Positions 42,448-52,996 of a stretch of 64,000 bases of DNA are shown in pieces; position 1 is the stretch's first letter, and each line of letters opens with the position of its first letter. Made by a program: the position numbers and the translations under genes. This DNA is from Alphaproteobacteria bacterium (lineage in GTDB: Bacteria; Pseudomonadota; Alphaproteobacteria; UBA828): assembly GCA_963667785.2 (NCBI GenBank), contig CAXXMU010000008.1, positions 68,641-132,640 on the forward strand, read 5' to 3'. The notes under the pieces are model-generated. The model ran no database searches and was not told where the DNA came from. It worked only from the letters and a program-made list of their open reading frames with translations.

Positions 42448-43851
42448 ATGTCTCGCGACCGATGGCACGGGAAGGCGACTCAGGGGGCGACGTTCGGCGC
42501 GCTGCTCGCGGCGCTCCTCGCCGGCGTAGCGGCGCCGCTCGGCGGCGCTGCCGCCCAGACCCTGGAGGAGGCTCTCACGAGCGCCTATCTGAACAACCCG
42601 ACCCTGCAGGCCGAGCGCGCCCGGGTCAGGGCGGTGGACGAGGAGGTGCCGGCGGCGCTGGCCGGCTGGCGCCCCACGATCGAGATCGCGGGCGACGCCG
42701 GCAGCGCATTCAGCGAGACCGAGGGCGACCCGCCCATGAACCGGAGCGATACGTTCGCCCCCTATGGCGTCGGGCTCAGCATCGTTGCTCCCCTCTACCA
42801 GGGCGGGCGCATCCCGGCCCAGGTTGAAGCGGCGGAGAGCCTGGTCGACGCCGGACGGGCGCAGCTCCGCGCCGTCGAGCAGACGATCATGCTCGACACC
42901 GTGACCGCCTACATGGACGTGCTGCGCTATCGCGCCGAGATCGAGCTCAGCCTCAGCAGCGAGCGGGTCGTGGGCCGCCAGTTGCAGGCGGCGCGGGACC
43001 GGCTGGAGGTCGGCGAGGCGACGCGGACCGATGTCGCCCAGGCCGAGGCCCGGCTCGCGCAGGCGAACGCCGAGCGCGTGGCGGCGGAAGGCGGCCTCAT
43101 GTCCGCCCGCGCGTTCTACGTGCAGGTGACCGGCTCGGTTCCGGGCGCGCTCGCGTGGCCGCTCGTCCCCATGGGCCTGCCGGAGACGGAGGAGGAGACG
43201 TTGCTCTCGGCTACCGGCGGCAATCCCTCGATCGAGGCAGCCTCGTCGCTGGCCGATGCGGCGCAGGCGGATATCGAGGCTGCGGCCGCGGCGCTGAAGC
43301 CGCAGGTCGCGATCGTGGGCGACCTCCGCCAGCGCTACAACCGCTCGGACATGGTCGAGCAGGCCACCGACGCCTCCGTGATGGCCACGCTGCGCGTGCC
43401 GCTCTATCAGGGCGGGGCCGCGAACGCGCGCGTCCGCCAGGCCAGGCAGGTGGCGGCGCAGCGGCTTCTCGAGTTCGACCAGAGCCGGCGCACGGTGCAG
43501 GAGCAGGCGGCGCACGCCTGGCGGGCGCTCACCGGCGCGCGAGCGCAGATCGATGCGTTCGAATCGCAGGTTGCGGCCGCGGCAGTGGCGCTGGACGGCG
43601 TCGAGCAGGAGGCCCGGGTCGGGCTGCGTACCACGCTCGACGTGCTCGACGCCGAGCAGGAGCACTTCCAGGCGCAGATCAACCTGGTCAGGGCGAAGCG
43701 CGAGGAGATCGTCGCCGCCTACCAGGTGAGGTCGGCGGTCGGCGCGCTGACGGCGCGCGAACTCGGCCTGCCGGTCGAGCTCTACGATCCCGAGGAGCAC
43801 TACCGGAACGTGCGCGGGAGCCAGGGCACGTGGCTCTGGGGAGAGGAATGA
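42448..43851 (+). CDS. TolC family outer membrane protein
   Basis: Signal peptide, QTLEEAL..AY.NNP, VPLYQGG, VGLRTTLDVLDAEQE, YDPEEHY. Confidence 0.92.
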   Translation: MSRDRWHGKATQGATFGALLAALLAGVAAPLGGAAAQTLEEALTSAYLNNPTLQAERARVRAVDEEVPAALAGWRPTIEIAGDAGSAFSETEGDPPMNRSDTFAPYGVGLSIVAPLYQGGRIPAQVEAAESLVDAGRAQLRAVEQTIMLDTVTAYMDVLRYRAEIELSLSSERVVGRQLQAARDRLEVGEATRTDVAQAEARLAQANAERVAAEGGLMSARAFYVQVTGSVPGALAWPLVPMGLPETEEETLLSATGGNPSIEAASSLADAAQADIEAAAAALKPQVAIVGDLRQRYNRSDMVEQATDASVMATLRVPLYQGGAANARVRQARQVAAQRLLEFDQSRRTVQEQAAHAWRALTGARAQIDAFESQVAAAAVALDGVEQEARVGLRTTLDVLDAEQEHFQAQINLVRAKREEIVAAYQVRSAVGALTARELGLPVELYDPEEHYRNVRGSQGTWLWGEE

Positions 43852-43878
43852 CCACCGCTCTGAGGGAGGAGTGACGAC

Positions 43879-44475
43879 ATGGAGAAGCCGGCGCTGGCCG
43901 ATCACCCGATCCACGAAATCATGGTGAGGCGCTGGAGCCCGCGCGCCTTCGCCCCTCGTCCTCTTCCCCGCGAGCAGATCCTCATCCTGCTCGAGGCCGC
44001 CCGCTGGGCGGCGTCGAGCTTCAACCAGCAGCCCTGGCACTTTCTCGTCGCCACCAGGGACGACGAGGCGCGGTTCGCGCAGATGCTGGAGTGCCTGGTG
44101 CCCGGCAACCAGGTGTGGGCGCGCGACGCCTCGCTGCTCATCCTCACCGTCACCAAGGGCACCTTCGACCATAACGGCAAGCCCAACAGCTGCGCCGTTC
44201 ACGACATCGGCCTCACCGCCTGCCAGCTCGTGCTGCAGGCCACGGCCCTAGGCCTCGCCACCCACCAGATGGCGGGCATCGAGGCCGACAAGATCCGCGA
44301 GGTCTACGGCGTGCCGGAGGGCTTCGATCCGGTGACCGGGATCGCCGTCGGCTATCCGGGCGATCCGGACACGCTGCCCGACGACCTGCGCGAGATGGAA
44401 CTCGCGCCGCGCACGAGGCGGCCCTTCGCCGAGTTCGTCTTCGCCGACGGCTGGGGCAATCCCGCCGGCTACTGA
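43879..44475 (+). CDS. Nitroreductase family protein
   Basis: RRWSPRAF, ARWAASSFNQQPW, HQMAGI, AVGYPG. Confidence 0.92.
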   Translation: MEKPALADHPIHEIMVRRWSPRAFAPRPLPREQILILLEAARWAASSFNQQPWHFLVATRDDEARFAQMLECLVPGNQVWARDASLLILTVTKGTFDHNGKPNSCAVHDIGLTACQLVLQATALGLATHQMAGIEADKIREVYGVPEGFDPVTGIAVGYPGDPDTLPDDLREMELAPRTRRPFAEFVFADGWGNPAGY

Positions 44476-44496
44476 AGATTCGCGCGGGACGCAGGC

Positions 44497-44970
44497 CTAC
44501 GCCTGAACGATCTCCGGCCTGTGCTCGACGGGGAAGTTCACCGAACGCGCGACGAAGCAGTTGGCGCCCGCCGTCTCGTGCAGGCGCGCCGCCGTCTCGG
44601 CGCAGCTCCCGGTCGCGATGGTCACGCGGGGCGCGAGCGTGACGCACGAGAACTGGCCGGCGCCGTCCGGTGGCCCGGTCTCCATCACGCCGGACGCCGT
44701 GTCCTCGTAGGCCGTGATCACGACGCCCGCGACCGAGCAGAGGTGCAGGTACCAGAGCATGTGGCAGGCCGAGAGCGCCGCCACCAGCAGGTCTTCCGGG
44801 TTGTGCCGGTCCGCATCGCCCCGGAAGACGGTGTCGGCCGAGCCCCGGATCGTCGGCTTGCCGGGGCAGGCGATCGTGTGGTCGCGCCCGTAGGCCTTGT
44901 AGCCGGCGGTGCCCTCGCCGCGGTTTCCGGTCCAGGTCACCGTCGCTTCGTATCTGTGCTCTCGCTCCAT
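44497..44970 (-). CDS. OsmC family protein
   Basis: WTGN.G.GT, NPEDLLVAALSACHMLWYL, CFVARSV. Confidence 0.92.
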   Translation of the reverse strand: MEREHRYEATVTWTGNRGEGTAGYKAYGRDHTIACPGKPTIRGSADTVFRGDADRHNPEDLLVAALSACHMLWYLHLCSVAGVVITAYEDTASGVMETGPPDGAGQFSCVTLAPRVTIATGSCAETAARLHETAGANCFVARSVNFPVEHRPEIVQA

Positions 44971-44987
44971 GGCCCGCTCCCGCCCCG

Positions 44988-46256
44988 CTAGAAATCCTCT
45001 CTGAACACGTCCAGCGGCGAGCAGGGCGGCGGGATCGAGATGGCCTGGATGACGGTCTCGGGCCGCCGCAGGTAGTCGCCGAGCTCGATCTCCCCGGCGC
45101 TGCGCCCCGGAGTCTCGACATGCGTGCCCAGGCGGCGGCCGAAACGCACCAGGGAGCGGCCGTAGCGGGTGCGCTCCGCGTCGTAGCGGGCCAGCGCGTA
45201 GGCGAGCTCGCCGGGGTAGGCGCCGATCAGGTCGGCGAGGAGGACCGCGTCGCCGGTCGCCTTGACCACGCCCATGCCGGTGTGGGGCCGCGCGGCGAAC
45301 GCCGCATCGCCCAGAAGCGCGACCGGCCCCTCGACCATCTGCGGCGTCTCCAGGTCAACGATGGTCTGGAAGAAGAGCCCGCGCGAGCGGATCATCGGCT
45401 CCGCCAGCACCGGCGGCAGGAGGTTTTCTGCCGCCTGCCTGACCTCGTCGACGAGCGAGGGGACGATGAGATCGGGCGCGATCCCCGCCTCGTGATAGTG
45501 GCCGGATTCGTCGGTCTGCATCTCCCGCAGCCGCTCCGCCGTGGCCAGCCTGTACCAGACGATGTTGAAGCGTCGCCTGCCGGGGCTCCCGTCGCCGTCC
45601 GCGCCCGCCACCGGATAGCCGACGACATGCTCTCCCGGCGGCAGGCAGACGATGAAGTGCTCGAACAGGATGTCCCGGTGCGCCGCCGAGAGACGCTCCT
45701 CCTCGACGATGCCGCGCCATGCCACGTAGCCGGCGTATTCCGGCACCGCGTCCGGCCAGAGCTGGGCGCGAACGGTCGAGCGCACGCCGTCGGCGCCGAT
45801 CAGCAAGTCGGCCTCGATGCGGCTGCCGTCGGCGAAGTGGGCGAGAACGCGATCGCCCTGCGCCTCCGCCCGCGTGAAGGTGGCGCCGGCGACATAGCGC
45901 TCCGCCGGGAAGATTTCCCGCAGCGAGCGGTAGAGGTGGCCCCAGGTCGACTGGATCTGTGGCAGGCGGAGGCGCGCGAGGATTTGCCCGTCGGTGCCGA
46001 GCGTGATGCGCTCCTCCAGTCTGGTCCCGAACGCCTCGTCGATGAGGAGCCCGAGGCGCTCGAAGGCGGCGTGAAGCTCGGGATGGGTGGCGATGCCGAC
46101 GCCGCGCTCGGCGAGCTCGGTGCCGATCCGCTCGTGCACCGTCACGTCGCAGCCCGCGCGGTGCAGCAGATTGCCCGCGAGCAGCCCGCCCAGCGAGCCG
46201 CCGACGATGACGACGCGCAGGCGCGGGGCGGCGTTTCCCTCGGAGCCGTCAGCCAT
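44988..46256 (-). CDS. FAD-dependent monooxygenase (2,6-dihydroxypyridine hydroxylase-like)
   Basis: VGGSLGGL, GADGVRS, YAGYVAWRG, LLGDAAF.ARPHTGMG. Confidence 0.85.
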   Translation of the reverse strand: MADGSEGNAAPRLRVVIVGGSLGGLLAGNLLHRAGCDVTVHERIGTELAERGVGIATHPELHAAFERLGLLIDEAFGTRLEERITLGTDGQILARLRLPQIQSTWGHLYRSLREIFPAERYVAGATFTRAEAQGDRVLAHFADGSRIEADLLIGADGVRSTVRAQLWPDAVPEYAGYVAWRGIVEEERLSAAHRDILFEHFIVCLPPGEHVVGYPVAGADGDGSPGRRRFNIVWYRLATAERLREMQTDESGHYHEAGIAPDLIVPSLVDEVRQAAENLLPPVLAEPMIRSRGLFFQTIVDLETPQMVEGPVALLGDAAFAARPHTGMGVVKATGDAVLLADLIGAYPGELAYALARYDAERTRYGRSLVRFGRRLGTHVETPGRSAGEIELGDYLRRPETVIQAISIPPPCSPLDVFREDF

Positions 46257-46399
46257 GCCGGGTGAGCCCCCGCACGATTCCTGCCGTGCAGCCGCACGGC
46301 GGGTTACCGGCATGGGTCGTCGAGATGCGTTCGTCGCTGGTCTTCATCGGTACCGAATCACCCGCTCCCCAGCCTACGCGAGAAGCGCGCAGCCGGCCA

Positions 46400-47551
46400 T
46401 CACGTCGCGCCGGGCGCAGCGTCGGGTGTCGCGGCGTCACGGCGGATGCGGGGAGCGGCGGCGTCGGGGAAGTTCCAGCGCGTCAGCCAGCGGGCGAGGG
46501 AGCCGTTCAGCGCGCTGTCCAGCAGGCGGCAGTCGGCGGCGACGGTCTCGTCGCGCACGTCGCGCTGCACCTCGGCCGTGCCGCGCCAGGGCCCCTGGTC
46601 GGTGGTGGACGACTGCCCCAGGATGGTGGTGGCGATGGCGCGGTCGAGGTAGGCGACGAAGGCCTGGAAGTCGCCGCCCGCGCGCTGCGCGCTGTCGACG
46701 ATCTCGATCTCCTGGCCCTCGGGCAGGACCACGCCGAGACTGGTGGCGAAGGACTCGACCAGCGCCAGCAGCTCGGCCTTCTGCTCGGACGTGGCGTTGC
46801 GCGGATAGGTGCCCTTGACGCCGGGGGCGCCGAACCGCTCCAGCGCGACGGACCAGAACTTCAGCCCGTGACGCTTGAGCCAGACCGGCCAGAAGCACCA
46901 GCGGGCGAGGCCGGGCCCGTGCGGCAGGTCGCCGTGCTCGCCGGGGCGGCGGAGGACCACGAACTTGCCTGCCGGCAGCGGCTCGCCCAGAGGGTGGGTA
47001 TCGGTACGCAGCAGCGGCTCGCCCTCGTCGGACCAGCGGAAGCGGTCCGGCGCGCGCACCGCGAGGCGGTCCAGCACGACGCGCTCTCCGTCCTCGGCCC
47101 AGAGCGCCTCGGCGATGGCGTAGCCGTACCAGACCCCGTGCAGGAGCTGGCGACAGGCGGCGTCGAAGCCCGCGTCCGCGAGCTGGCGGGCGAGGTCGTC
47201 CGCCGCGGCGCGGTCTAGCGCGCCGTCGCCGCCGGGCTCGACTGTCCAGGGCCGCGCGATGGCGGCGTCGAGACGCTGGTCCAGCGCGGCCTGGCAGCGC
47301 TCGTCCCGCAGGATGTCGCGGTAGATGCGGAGCGCATGCGCGTCGTCGCGCAGGCGCTGGGCGTAGCGCGAGGGCTGGCGCGGGTTGAGCGGCAGCTCGC
47401 CGATATAGGGCTGGAGGCGGCCGGCGATGCTGGCGGCCGCGGCTTCGCCGGCGGGCGGGGCGGCGGGCGCGCCCGTGCGGGTGCGCGGCAGTAGCCGGCC
47501 GAGGCGGGTGGCGAGGCGGGGCGTGGAGGTGAAGACAGGTCGGGCTCTCAT
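46400..47551 (-). CDS. Mu-like phage portal protein (gp29/DUF935 family), orphan
   Basis: YRDILRDERC.AALDQR..A...W.VEPGG, LL.GVWYGYAIAE.LW, P.G.GLARWCFWPVWLKR..LKFW...LERFG.P..G.Y, I...ILGQ..TT, L.RWNFP. Confidence 0.85.
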   Translation of the reverse strand: MRARPVFTSTPRLATRLGRLLPRTRTGAPAAPPAGEAAAASIAGRLQPYIGELPLNPRQPSRYAQRLRDDAHALRIYRDILRDERCQAALDQRLDAAIARPWTVEPGGDGALDRAAADDLARQLADAGFDAACRQLLHGVWYGYAIAEALWAEDGERVVLDRLAVRAPDRFRWSDEGEPLLRTDTHPLGEPLPAGKFVVLRRPGEHGDLPHGPGLARWCFWPVWLKRHGLKFWSVALERFGAPGVKGTYPRNATSEQKAELLALVESFATSLGVVLPEGQEIEIVDSAQRAGGDFQAFVAYLDRAIATTILGQSSTTDQGPWRGTAEVQRDVRDETVAADCRLLDSALNGSLARWLTRWNFPDAAAPRIRRDAATPDAAPGAT

Positions 47552-47604
47552 GGCCCGATCATCGCCGCCTCTTCGCGCCCTGTGCACCGCACCATGGTGC
47601 GGTG
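47552..47604 (-). promoter_or_regulatory. Palindromic activator site + -10-like hexamer, copy 2 (portal promoter)
   Basis: Perfect 20-bp palindrome CACCGCACCATGGTGCGGTG (47585-47604); minus strand ...GTGCAC-N18-GATGAT-N6-ATG. Confidence 0.8.
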
Positions 47605-47637
47605 TCTTTCGCGGGCGGAGAGGGGAAGTGCTGGCCG

Positions 47638-50019
47638 CTATGGCGCCTGCGCGCGGTTGGCACGGCGCTGCCGCCAGAACTGCGACAGCACGACGAGGCC
47701 GAGCAGGGCGAGGCCGGCGGGGTAGATGAGCTGCTTGGGCGGCAGGTCGATCTGCTCGACGTCGACTCCGGTGACGTAGTCGCCCCAGTCGATGCCCGCC
47801 TGCTCGGCCATCCCGTTGAAGGCGAGATCCACCACCGCGTAGCGGCCGTCCGCCTCCTGCTCGAGCCCGACGCCGAAGGTTTCCGTCGGCGTCGCCGCCT
47901 GCTCCGCCGGGGTCTCGAGCACGAAGAGCTTGTAGCGTTCGCCGTAATCGGTCTCGCGCGTCACGTGCAGGCGGACCTCGCGGCCGGTCTCGGGCACGAA
48001 CTCGCCCGAGGCGAAGGACTCGAAGGCGACCGCCTCGAAGGGCGGCACGATCTCGTCCATGAAGAAGCCGGGGCGGAAGAGCATGAAGCAGGCCGCGGCC
48101 AGGATCACGGCCTCGTACCACCGCACCTTGACGAGCATCCACCCTTGCGTGAGCGAGCTGAAGGCGAGGATCGCGAGCAGCGACATGATGGCGACGAGGG
48201 CACCATGCCAGAAGCTGTCCACGCCGATCAGCAGCAGCTCCGTGTTGAAGAGGAAGACCAGCGGAAGGATGGCCGTGCGGATGTCGTACATGAAGGACTG
48301 CACGCCGGTCTTCAGCGGGTCGGCCCTGGATATGGCCGAGGCCGCGAAGGCGGCAAGGCAGACGGGTGGCGTCGAATCCGCCAGCAGGCCGTAGTAGAAG
48401 ACGTAGAGGTGGACGGCGATGAGCGGCAGCACGAGCCCCGCCGCGCTGCCGAGCTCCACCAGCACGCCCGCGAGCAGCGAGGCCACCACCAGGTAGTTGG
48501 CGGTGGTCGGCAGCCCCATGCCGAGCACGATGCAGAGGATCGCGGTCAGCCCGAGCAGGATGTAGACGTTGCCGCCGGCGATGGCCTCGACCACGCCGAC
48601 CATGGCGTTGTTGAGGCCGGTGGACGAGACGGCGCCGACGATGATGCCGGCGGCGGCGACGGCCACGGCGATGCCGATCATGTTGCGCGCGCCGGCCACC
48701 ATGCCGAGATAGATCTCGGTGAAGCCGTCTCGCACCGCCTCGCCCATCGGCTGGCCGCCGCCGCGGGCCGCCGCGACCACCCGGCGGACGAGGATGATCA
48801 CCATCACCGAGAGGATCGAGTAGAAGACCGCGCTGTGCGCGCTCCAGCGCTCGACCATCAGCAGGTAGACCAGGATGAAGATCGGAATCAGGTGGTGCGC
48901 GCCGCCGAGGAAGGTGTGGCGCAGCCGCGGGATGTCGGCCCGCGGCAGGCCCGAGAGGCCGAGCTTTTTCGCCTCCAGGTGGGAGATGTAGAGCAGCGCG
49001 ATGTAGCTGAGCACGGCGGGGATCGCCGCGGCCGCGACCACGTCGAAATAGGAGATGCCGATGAACTCCGCGATGATGAAGGCGGCCGCCCCCATGATCG
49101 GCGGCATGAGCTGGCCGTTGGTGGACGCTGCCACCTCGATGGCGCCGGCCTTCACCGCGGGCATGCCGATCCGCCGCATCACGGGGATGGTGAAGGTGCC
49201 GGTGGTGACGACGTTGGCGATCGACGAGCCGGAGACCATGCCGGTCATGCCAGACGCGAGAATCGCCGCCTTGGCCGGCCCGCCGGTGTAGCGACCCACC
49301 AGGGCGAAGGAGAGGGCGAGGAAGTACTGGCCCGCGCCGGCCTTGTCGAGCAGCGCGCCGAACAGCACGAACAGGAACACGAAGCTGACCGAGACGCTGA
49401 GCGGAATGCCGAAGACCGCCTCGCCCGTGAGCCACTGGTAGCCGATCAGCCGGTTCAGGCTCAGCCCCTTGTGGGAGATGACGTCGGGCATCGACTGGCC
49501 GAAGATCGAGTAGACGAGGAAGACCGCGCAGACGATGACGAGCGGTATCCCGATCGCGCGCCGCGTCGCGTCCAGCAGCAGCAGCATGCCGACGCCGCCG
49601 AGGATGGCCTCCACCGCAACGCCGTTCCAGACGTAGAGGAGGCCGTGGCGGGAGACGAGGCCGTCCCAGCCGAAGAACAGGTAGAGCGCCGCGACGCAGC
49701 CGACGAGCGCGCAGGCGATGTCCCAGGGCGGCAGGCCGCGCTCGCTCCAGCGGCGCGACAGCGGGTACATCAGGAAGCAGAGCAGCAGCGCGAACGAGAG
49801 GTGGATGCCGCGCGCCGGCACGTCGCCGATAATGGCGAAGTCGAACATGAAGGGCAGGGGCGAGGCGATCCAGAGCTGGTAGACCGACCACAGGAAGCAG
49901 AGCAGGCTTATGAGCAGTGCCAGGCGCGGCCCCTGCCGGCGCCCCTGGTACTCGACCTTCTCCAGGGTCTTCTGGACATCGGCGGCCGTGGCCGCCGCGC
50001 TCGGCTCGCTATGCGTCAC
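47638..50019 (-). CDS. TRAP transporter fused 4TM/12TM permease (TAXI-associated)
   Basis: GGPAKAAI, SGSSIANVVTTG, MPPIMGAAAF, GMGLPTTANY, TPPVCLAAFA. Confidence 0.93.
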   Translation of the reverse strand: MTHSEPSAAATAADVQKTLEKVEYQGRRQGPRLALLISLLCFLWSVYQLWIASPLPFMFDFAIIGDVPARGIHLSFALLLCFLMYPLSRRWSERGLPPWDIACALVGCVAALYLFFGWDGLVSRHGLLYVWNGVAVEAILGGVGMLLLLDATRRAIGIPLVIVCAVFLVYSIFGQSMPDVISHKGLSLNRLIGYQWLTGEAVFGIPLSVSVSFVFLFVLFGALLDKAGAGQYFLALSFALVGRYTGGPAKAAILASGMTGMVSGSSIANVVTTGTFTIPVMRRIGMPAVKAGAIEVAASTNGQLMPPIMGAAAFIIAEFIGISYFDVVAAAAIPAVLSYIALLYISHLEAKKLGLSGLPRADIPRLRHTFLGGAHHLIPIFILVYLLMVERWSAHSAVFYSILSVMVIILVRRVVAAARGGGQPMGEAVRDGFTEIYLGMVAGARNMIGIAVAVAAAGIIVGAVSSTGLNNAMVGVVEAIAGGNVYILLGLTAILCIVLGMGLPTTANYLVVASLLAGVLVELGSAAGLVLPLIAVHLYVFYYGLLADSTPPVCLAAFAASAISRADPLKTGVQSFMYDIRTAILPLVFLFNTELLLIGVDSFWHGALVAIMSLLAILAFSSLTQGWMLVKVRWYEAVILAAACFMLFRPGFFMDEIVPPFEAVAFESFASGEFVPETGREVRLHVTRETDYGERYKLFVLETPAEQAATPTETFGVGLEQEADGRYAVVDLAFNGMAEQAGIDWGDYVTGVDVEQIDLPPKQLIYPAGLALLGLVVLSQFWRQRRANRAQAP

Positions 50020-50157
50020 CGGCGTTCCATTCCGGCCCGAGCGTCCTCTCGTGCCGCCTGATCGCAGGCACTCTCACGCGACGAGAATGCCAGACACTCC
50101 GTTGCAGGAGCGAGACGGCCGGCACCCGTTGCCGGGCGCCGGCCGCCGAGGCTCGGG

Positions 50158-51159
50158 CTACATCCAGCCCTGTTCCGCGTAGTACTTCGCCGCGCCCGGA
50201 TGGATCGGCGCGCTGAGACCGTTCTTGATCATGTTCGCGGGATCGAGGTTGTTGAAGGCGGGGTGCAGGTTCCTGAAGTCGTCCAGGTTCTCCATCACCG
50301 CCCGGGTGACCTCGTAGACCACGTCCTCGGGCACGCTCTCATGGCTGACGAACGTCGCCATCACGCCGAAAGTCGTCACGTCGCTGGTCGTGGTCTTGTA
50401 GGTGCCGGAGGGGATGGTCGTGAAGGCGTAGTAGGGATTGTCCGCCACCAGCTTCTGCTCAACCTCGCCGTTGAGGTTGACGATGTAGGCCCCGCAGCCG
50501 TCGGTCGCCACCGCCACGCCGGCATTGGGCACGCCGACGGTATAGCCATAGGCGTCGATCTTGCCGTCGCAGAGCGCCTGCGACTGCTCGGTCGACGTCA
50601 GCTCGGTCGCCGCCGCGAAGTCGTCGGCGGACAGGCCGTAGCCTTCCATCAGCACCTCGGTCGTGCCGCGCTGGCCCGAGCCCGGGTTGCCGATGTTCAG
50701 CCGCTTGCCCTTGGTTTCGGTGAAGGATCCGATTTCCGTCCCGGCGCCGGCGATCAGGTGGAAGGGCTCGCCGTGCACGGAGAAGACCGCGCGCAGGCCG
50801 GGGCAATTCGTGACCTTCTCGGAGCTGCCGTTGACGGCATGGAACTGCCAGTCGGACTGGGCGACGCCGAATTCGAGCTCGCCCTGGCAGATCTGGCCGA
50901 TGTTGTAGGTCGAGCCGCCGGTGGACGGAGCGGCGCAGCGGATGCCGTGCTTGCGGCCTTCCTTGCGGCCCTCCGCGGCCTCCTTGTGGACCATGCGGCA
51001 GACCGAGTTGCCGACCACGAAATAGACGCCGGTCGGTCCTCCGGTGCCGATGGAGATGAACTTCCTGTCTTGCGCGCTCGCCTCGCCGGCGGCGCCGAGG
51101 GTGAGCCCCATCAGGGCCGCGGCGGCCAGCGCGCATGTGGTGATCCTGAGTGCTTTCAT
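50158..51159 (-). CDS. TAXI family TRAP solute-binding protein
   Basis: Signal peptide, IGTGGPTGVY, STGGS..N, AQSD, GNPGSG, PIHPGA..YY. Confidence 0.93.
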   Translation of the reverse strand: MKALRITTCALAAAALMGLTLGAAGEASAQDRKFISIGTGGPTGVYFVVGNSVCRMVHKEAAEGRKEGRKHGIRCAAPSTGGSTYNIGQICQGELEFGVAQSDWQFHAVNGSSEKVTNCPGLRAVFSVHGEPFHLIAGAGTEIGSFTETKGKRLNIGNPGSGQRGTTEVLMEGYGLSADDFAAATELTSTEQSQALCDGKIDAYGYTVGVPNAGVAVATDGCGAYIVNLNGEVEQKLVADNPYYAFTTIPSGTYKTTTSDVTTFGVMATFVSHESVPEDVVYEVTRAVMENLDDFRNLHPAFNNLDPANMIKNGLSAPIHPGAAKYYAEQGWM

Positions 51160-51341
51160 GACGTGCATTCCTCCCGGTTAATGCGAGCGGATGTTAGCGG
51201 TGCGCGGTGAACAATGCCACGAATCCGTTCGTCCTGCGCGGCGCGGGCACGGGACCGCGCCTTCGACGGGCGCGGCGGCGGCGCGCTATGGTGCACCCGC
51301 GGTGCGTCCGCGGTGCGACGAAGCAGGGGAGGGGAGCCGCC

Positions 51342-52775
51342 ATGGCGGACTTCGCGGAGTACGACTCATGTGACGGGCTCGGCCTCGCGGCGCTGATCCG
51401 GGCGGGAGAGGTCAGCGCGGCGGAGGTGCTGGATGCGGCCATCGCCCGTGCCGACGCGCGCAATCCCGCGATCAACGCCGTGGTGATGGAGCTCCACGAC
51501 CACGCCCGCGATGCCATCGCGGCGGGGCTGCCGGAGGGGCCCTTCACCGGCGTGCCCTTCCTGCTCAAGGATCTCGGCTCGTCGCTTGCCGGCGCCAGGA
51601 CCGCGCGGGGCAGCCGGTTCTTCGCCGACCTGCCGCCGGCCGCCGAGGACAGCGTCCACGTCCGCCGGCTGAAGCGCGCAGGCCTCGTGATCTACGGCAA
51701 GACGAGCACCTGCGAGCTCGGCCTCAGCCTGACCTGCGAGCCCCGGCTCTACGGGCCCTCGCACAATCCCTGGGACCTGGAGCGGACGCCGGCGGGCTCG
51801 AGCGGCGGCGCCGCCGCGGCGGTCGCGGCCAGGCTGCTGCCGGTCGCCCACGCGTCTGACGGCTTCGGCTCGATCCGCGCGCCGGCGGCGTCCTGCGGCC
51901 TGGTCGGCCTGCGTCCGACCCGCGGGCGCAACACCATGGCGCCCTATTTCGGCGAATCGCTGGGCGGGCTCGCCATCGAGCACGCGGTATCGCGCACCGT
52001 GCGCGACAGTGCGGCGCTGCTCGATGCGACGGCGGGGCCCGCGCCCGGCGACCCGTACATCGCGCCGCCGCCCCGGCGCCCCTTCCTCGAGGAGGTGGGT
52101 GCCGACCCCGGCACGCTGCGCATCGCCTTCACCGGCAAGGCGCCGAACGACGCGCCGGTGGAGGCCGAGCCGCTGCGCGTCCTGCAGGAGACCGCGTCGC
52201 TCTGCGAGGACCTCGGCCATCGGGTCGAGGCGGTCGATCCCGCGATCGACCGGGCCGTCGTGATTCCGACCTTCCGCACCATCAGCGCGATCCAGATCCT
52301 CTACCTGGTGCGCGCCCATCCCTCGGGCCGGGCGCCGGCGCCGGGCGAGCTGGAGACCGTGGTCGCCGACACCGCCGCACTCGCCGAGCGGATCGACGGC
52401 GCGACCTACATGGGGGCGGTCCACACCGCCCACCGGATCGGCCGCCAGATGGCCGCGTTCCACGAGGACTGGGATGTGCTGCTCACGCCCGGGCTCGGCA
52501 CGCTGCCGCCGAAGCTCGGCTGGCTCGACATGATGATGGACGACCTGGAGGAGTACTGGCGGCGGGTGTTCGCGTTCAGCCCGTTCACGGTCTGGTTCAA
52601 TCTCACCGGTCAGCCGGCGATGATGATCCCGCTCGGCGAGACGGCGGACGGCCTGCCGGTCGCGGTCCAGGCGATCGCCCGCTACGGCGACGAGGCTACG
52701 CTGTTCCGCCTCGCCGCCCAGCTCGAGGCGGCGCGCCCCTGGATCGACCGCACGCCCGCGCTCGCGGCAGGCTGA
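51342..52775 (+). CDS. Amidase-signature family amidase
   Basis: [42 protein letters not shown]. Confidence 0.93.
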   Translation: MADFAEYDSCDGLGLAALIRAGEVSAAEVLDAAIARADARNPAINAVVMELHDHARDAIAAGLPEGPFTGVPFLLKDLGSSLAGARTARGSRFFADLPPAAEDSVHVRRLKRAGLVIYGKTSTCELGLSLTCEPRLYGPSHNPWDLERTPAGSSGGAAAAVAARLLPVAHASDGFGSIRAPAASCGLVGLRPTRGRNTMAPYFGESLGGLAIEHAVSRTVRDSAALLDATAGPAPGDPYIAPPPRRPFLEEVGADPGTLRIAFTGKAPNDAPVEAEPLRVLQETASLCEDLGHRVEAVDPAIDRAVVIPTFRTISAIQILYLVRAHPSGRAPAPGELETVVADTAALAERIDGATYMGAVHTAHRIGRQMAAFHEDWDVLLTPGLGTLPPKLGWLDMMMDDLEEYWRRVFAFSPFTVWFNLTGQPAMMIPLGETADGLPVAVQAIARYGDEATLFRLAAQLEAARPWIDRTPALAAG

Positions 52776-52996
52776 GCCCGGCGGCCTCCCGCAATTCGTT
52801 GGGGCGGCCGCCAGCCGGCGCCCTAAAATTCATAAGATTTGCTGATAAACCCTTGCGGTCAGATAGGGTGCGGGCATGATAGGGCGTGCTGCCGCCGGTT
52901 CCCTGTCCTCGCCGGGTGGGACGCAGCTCGTCGCGGCGCTGTGACCGCACTCGGGCCGGTGGCGGACGAGGCCCCGTGCGCCGGGTGTACTCCCCG

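Noticed and set aside
46400-49891. 1163-aa ORF suggesting a portal-transporter fusion
   Set aside because: The upstream part is an alternative frame of the TRAP permease; the portal has its own ATG at 47551 with a promoter.
51280-51320. Possible fourth copy of the palindrome (CTATGGTGCACCCGCGGTGCG)
   Set aside because: Only partial similarity; lacks the CCGCAC left arm and the fixed spacing to an ATG.
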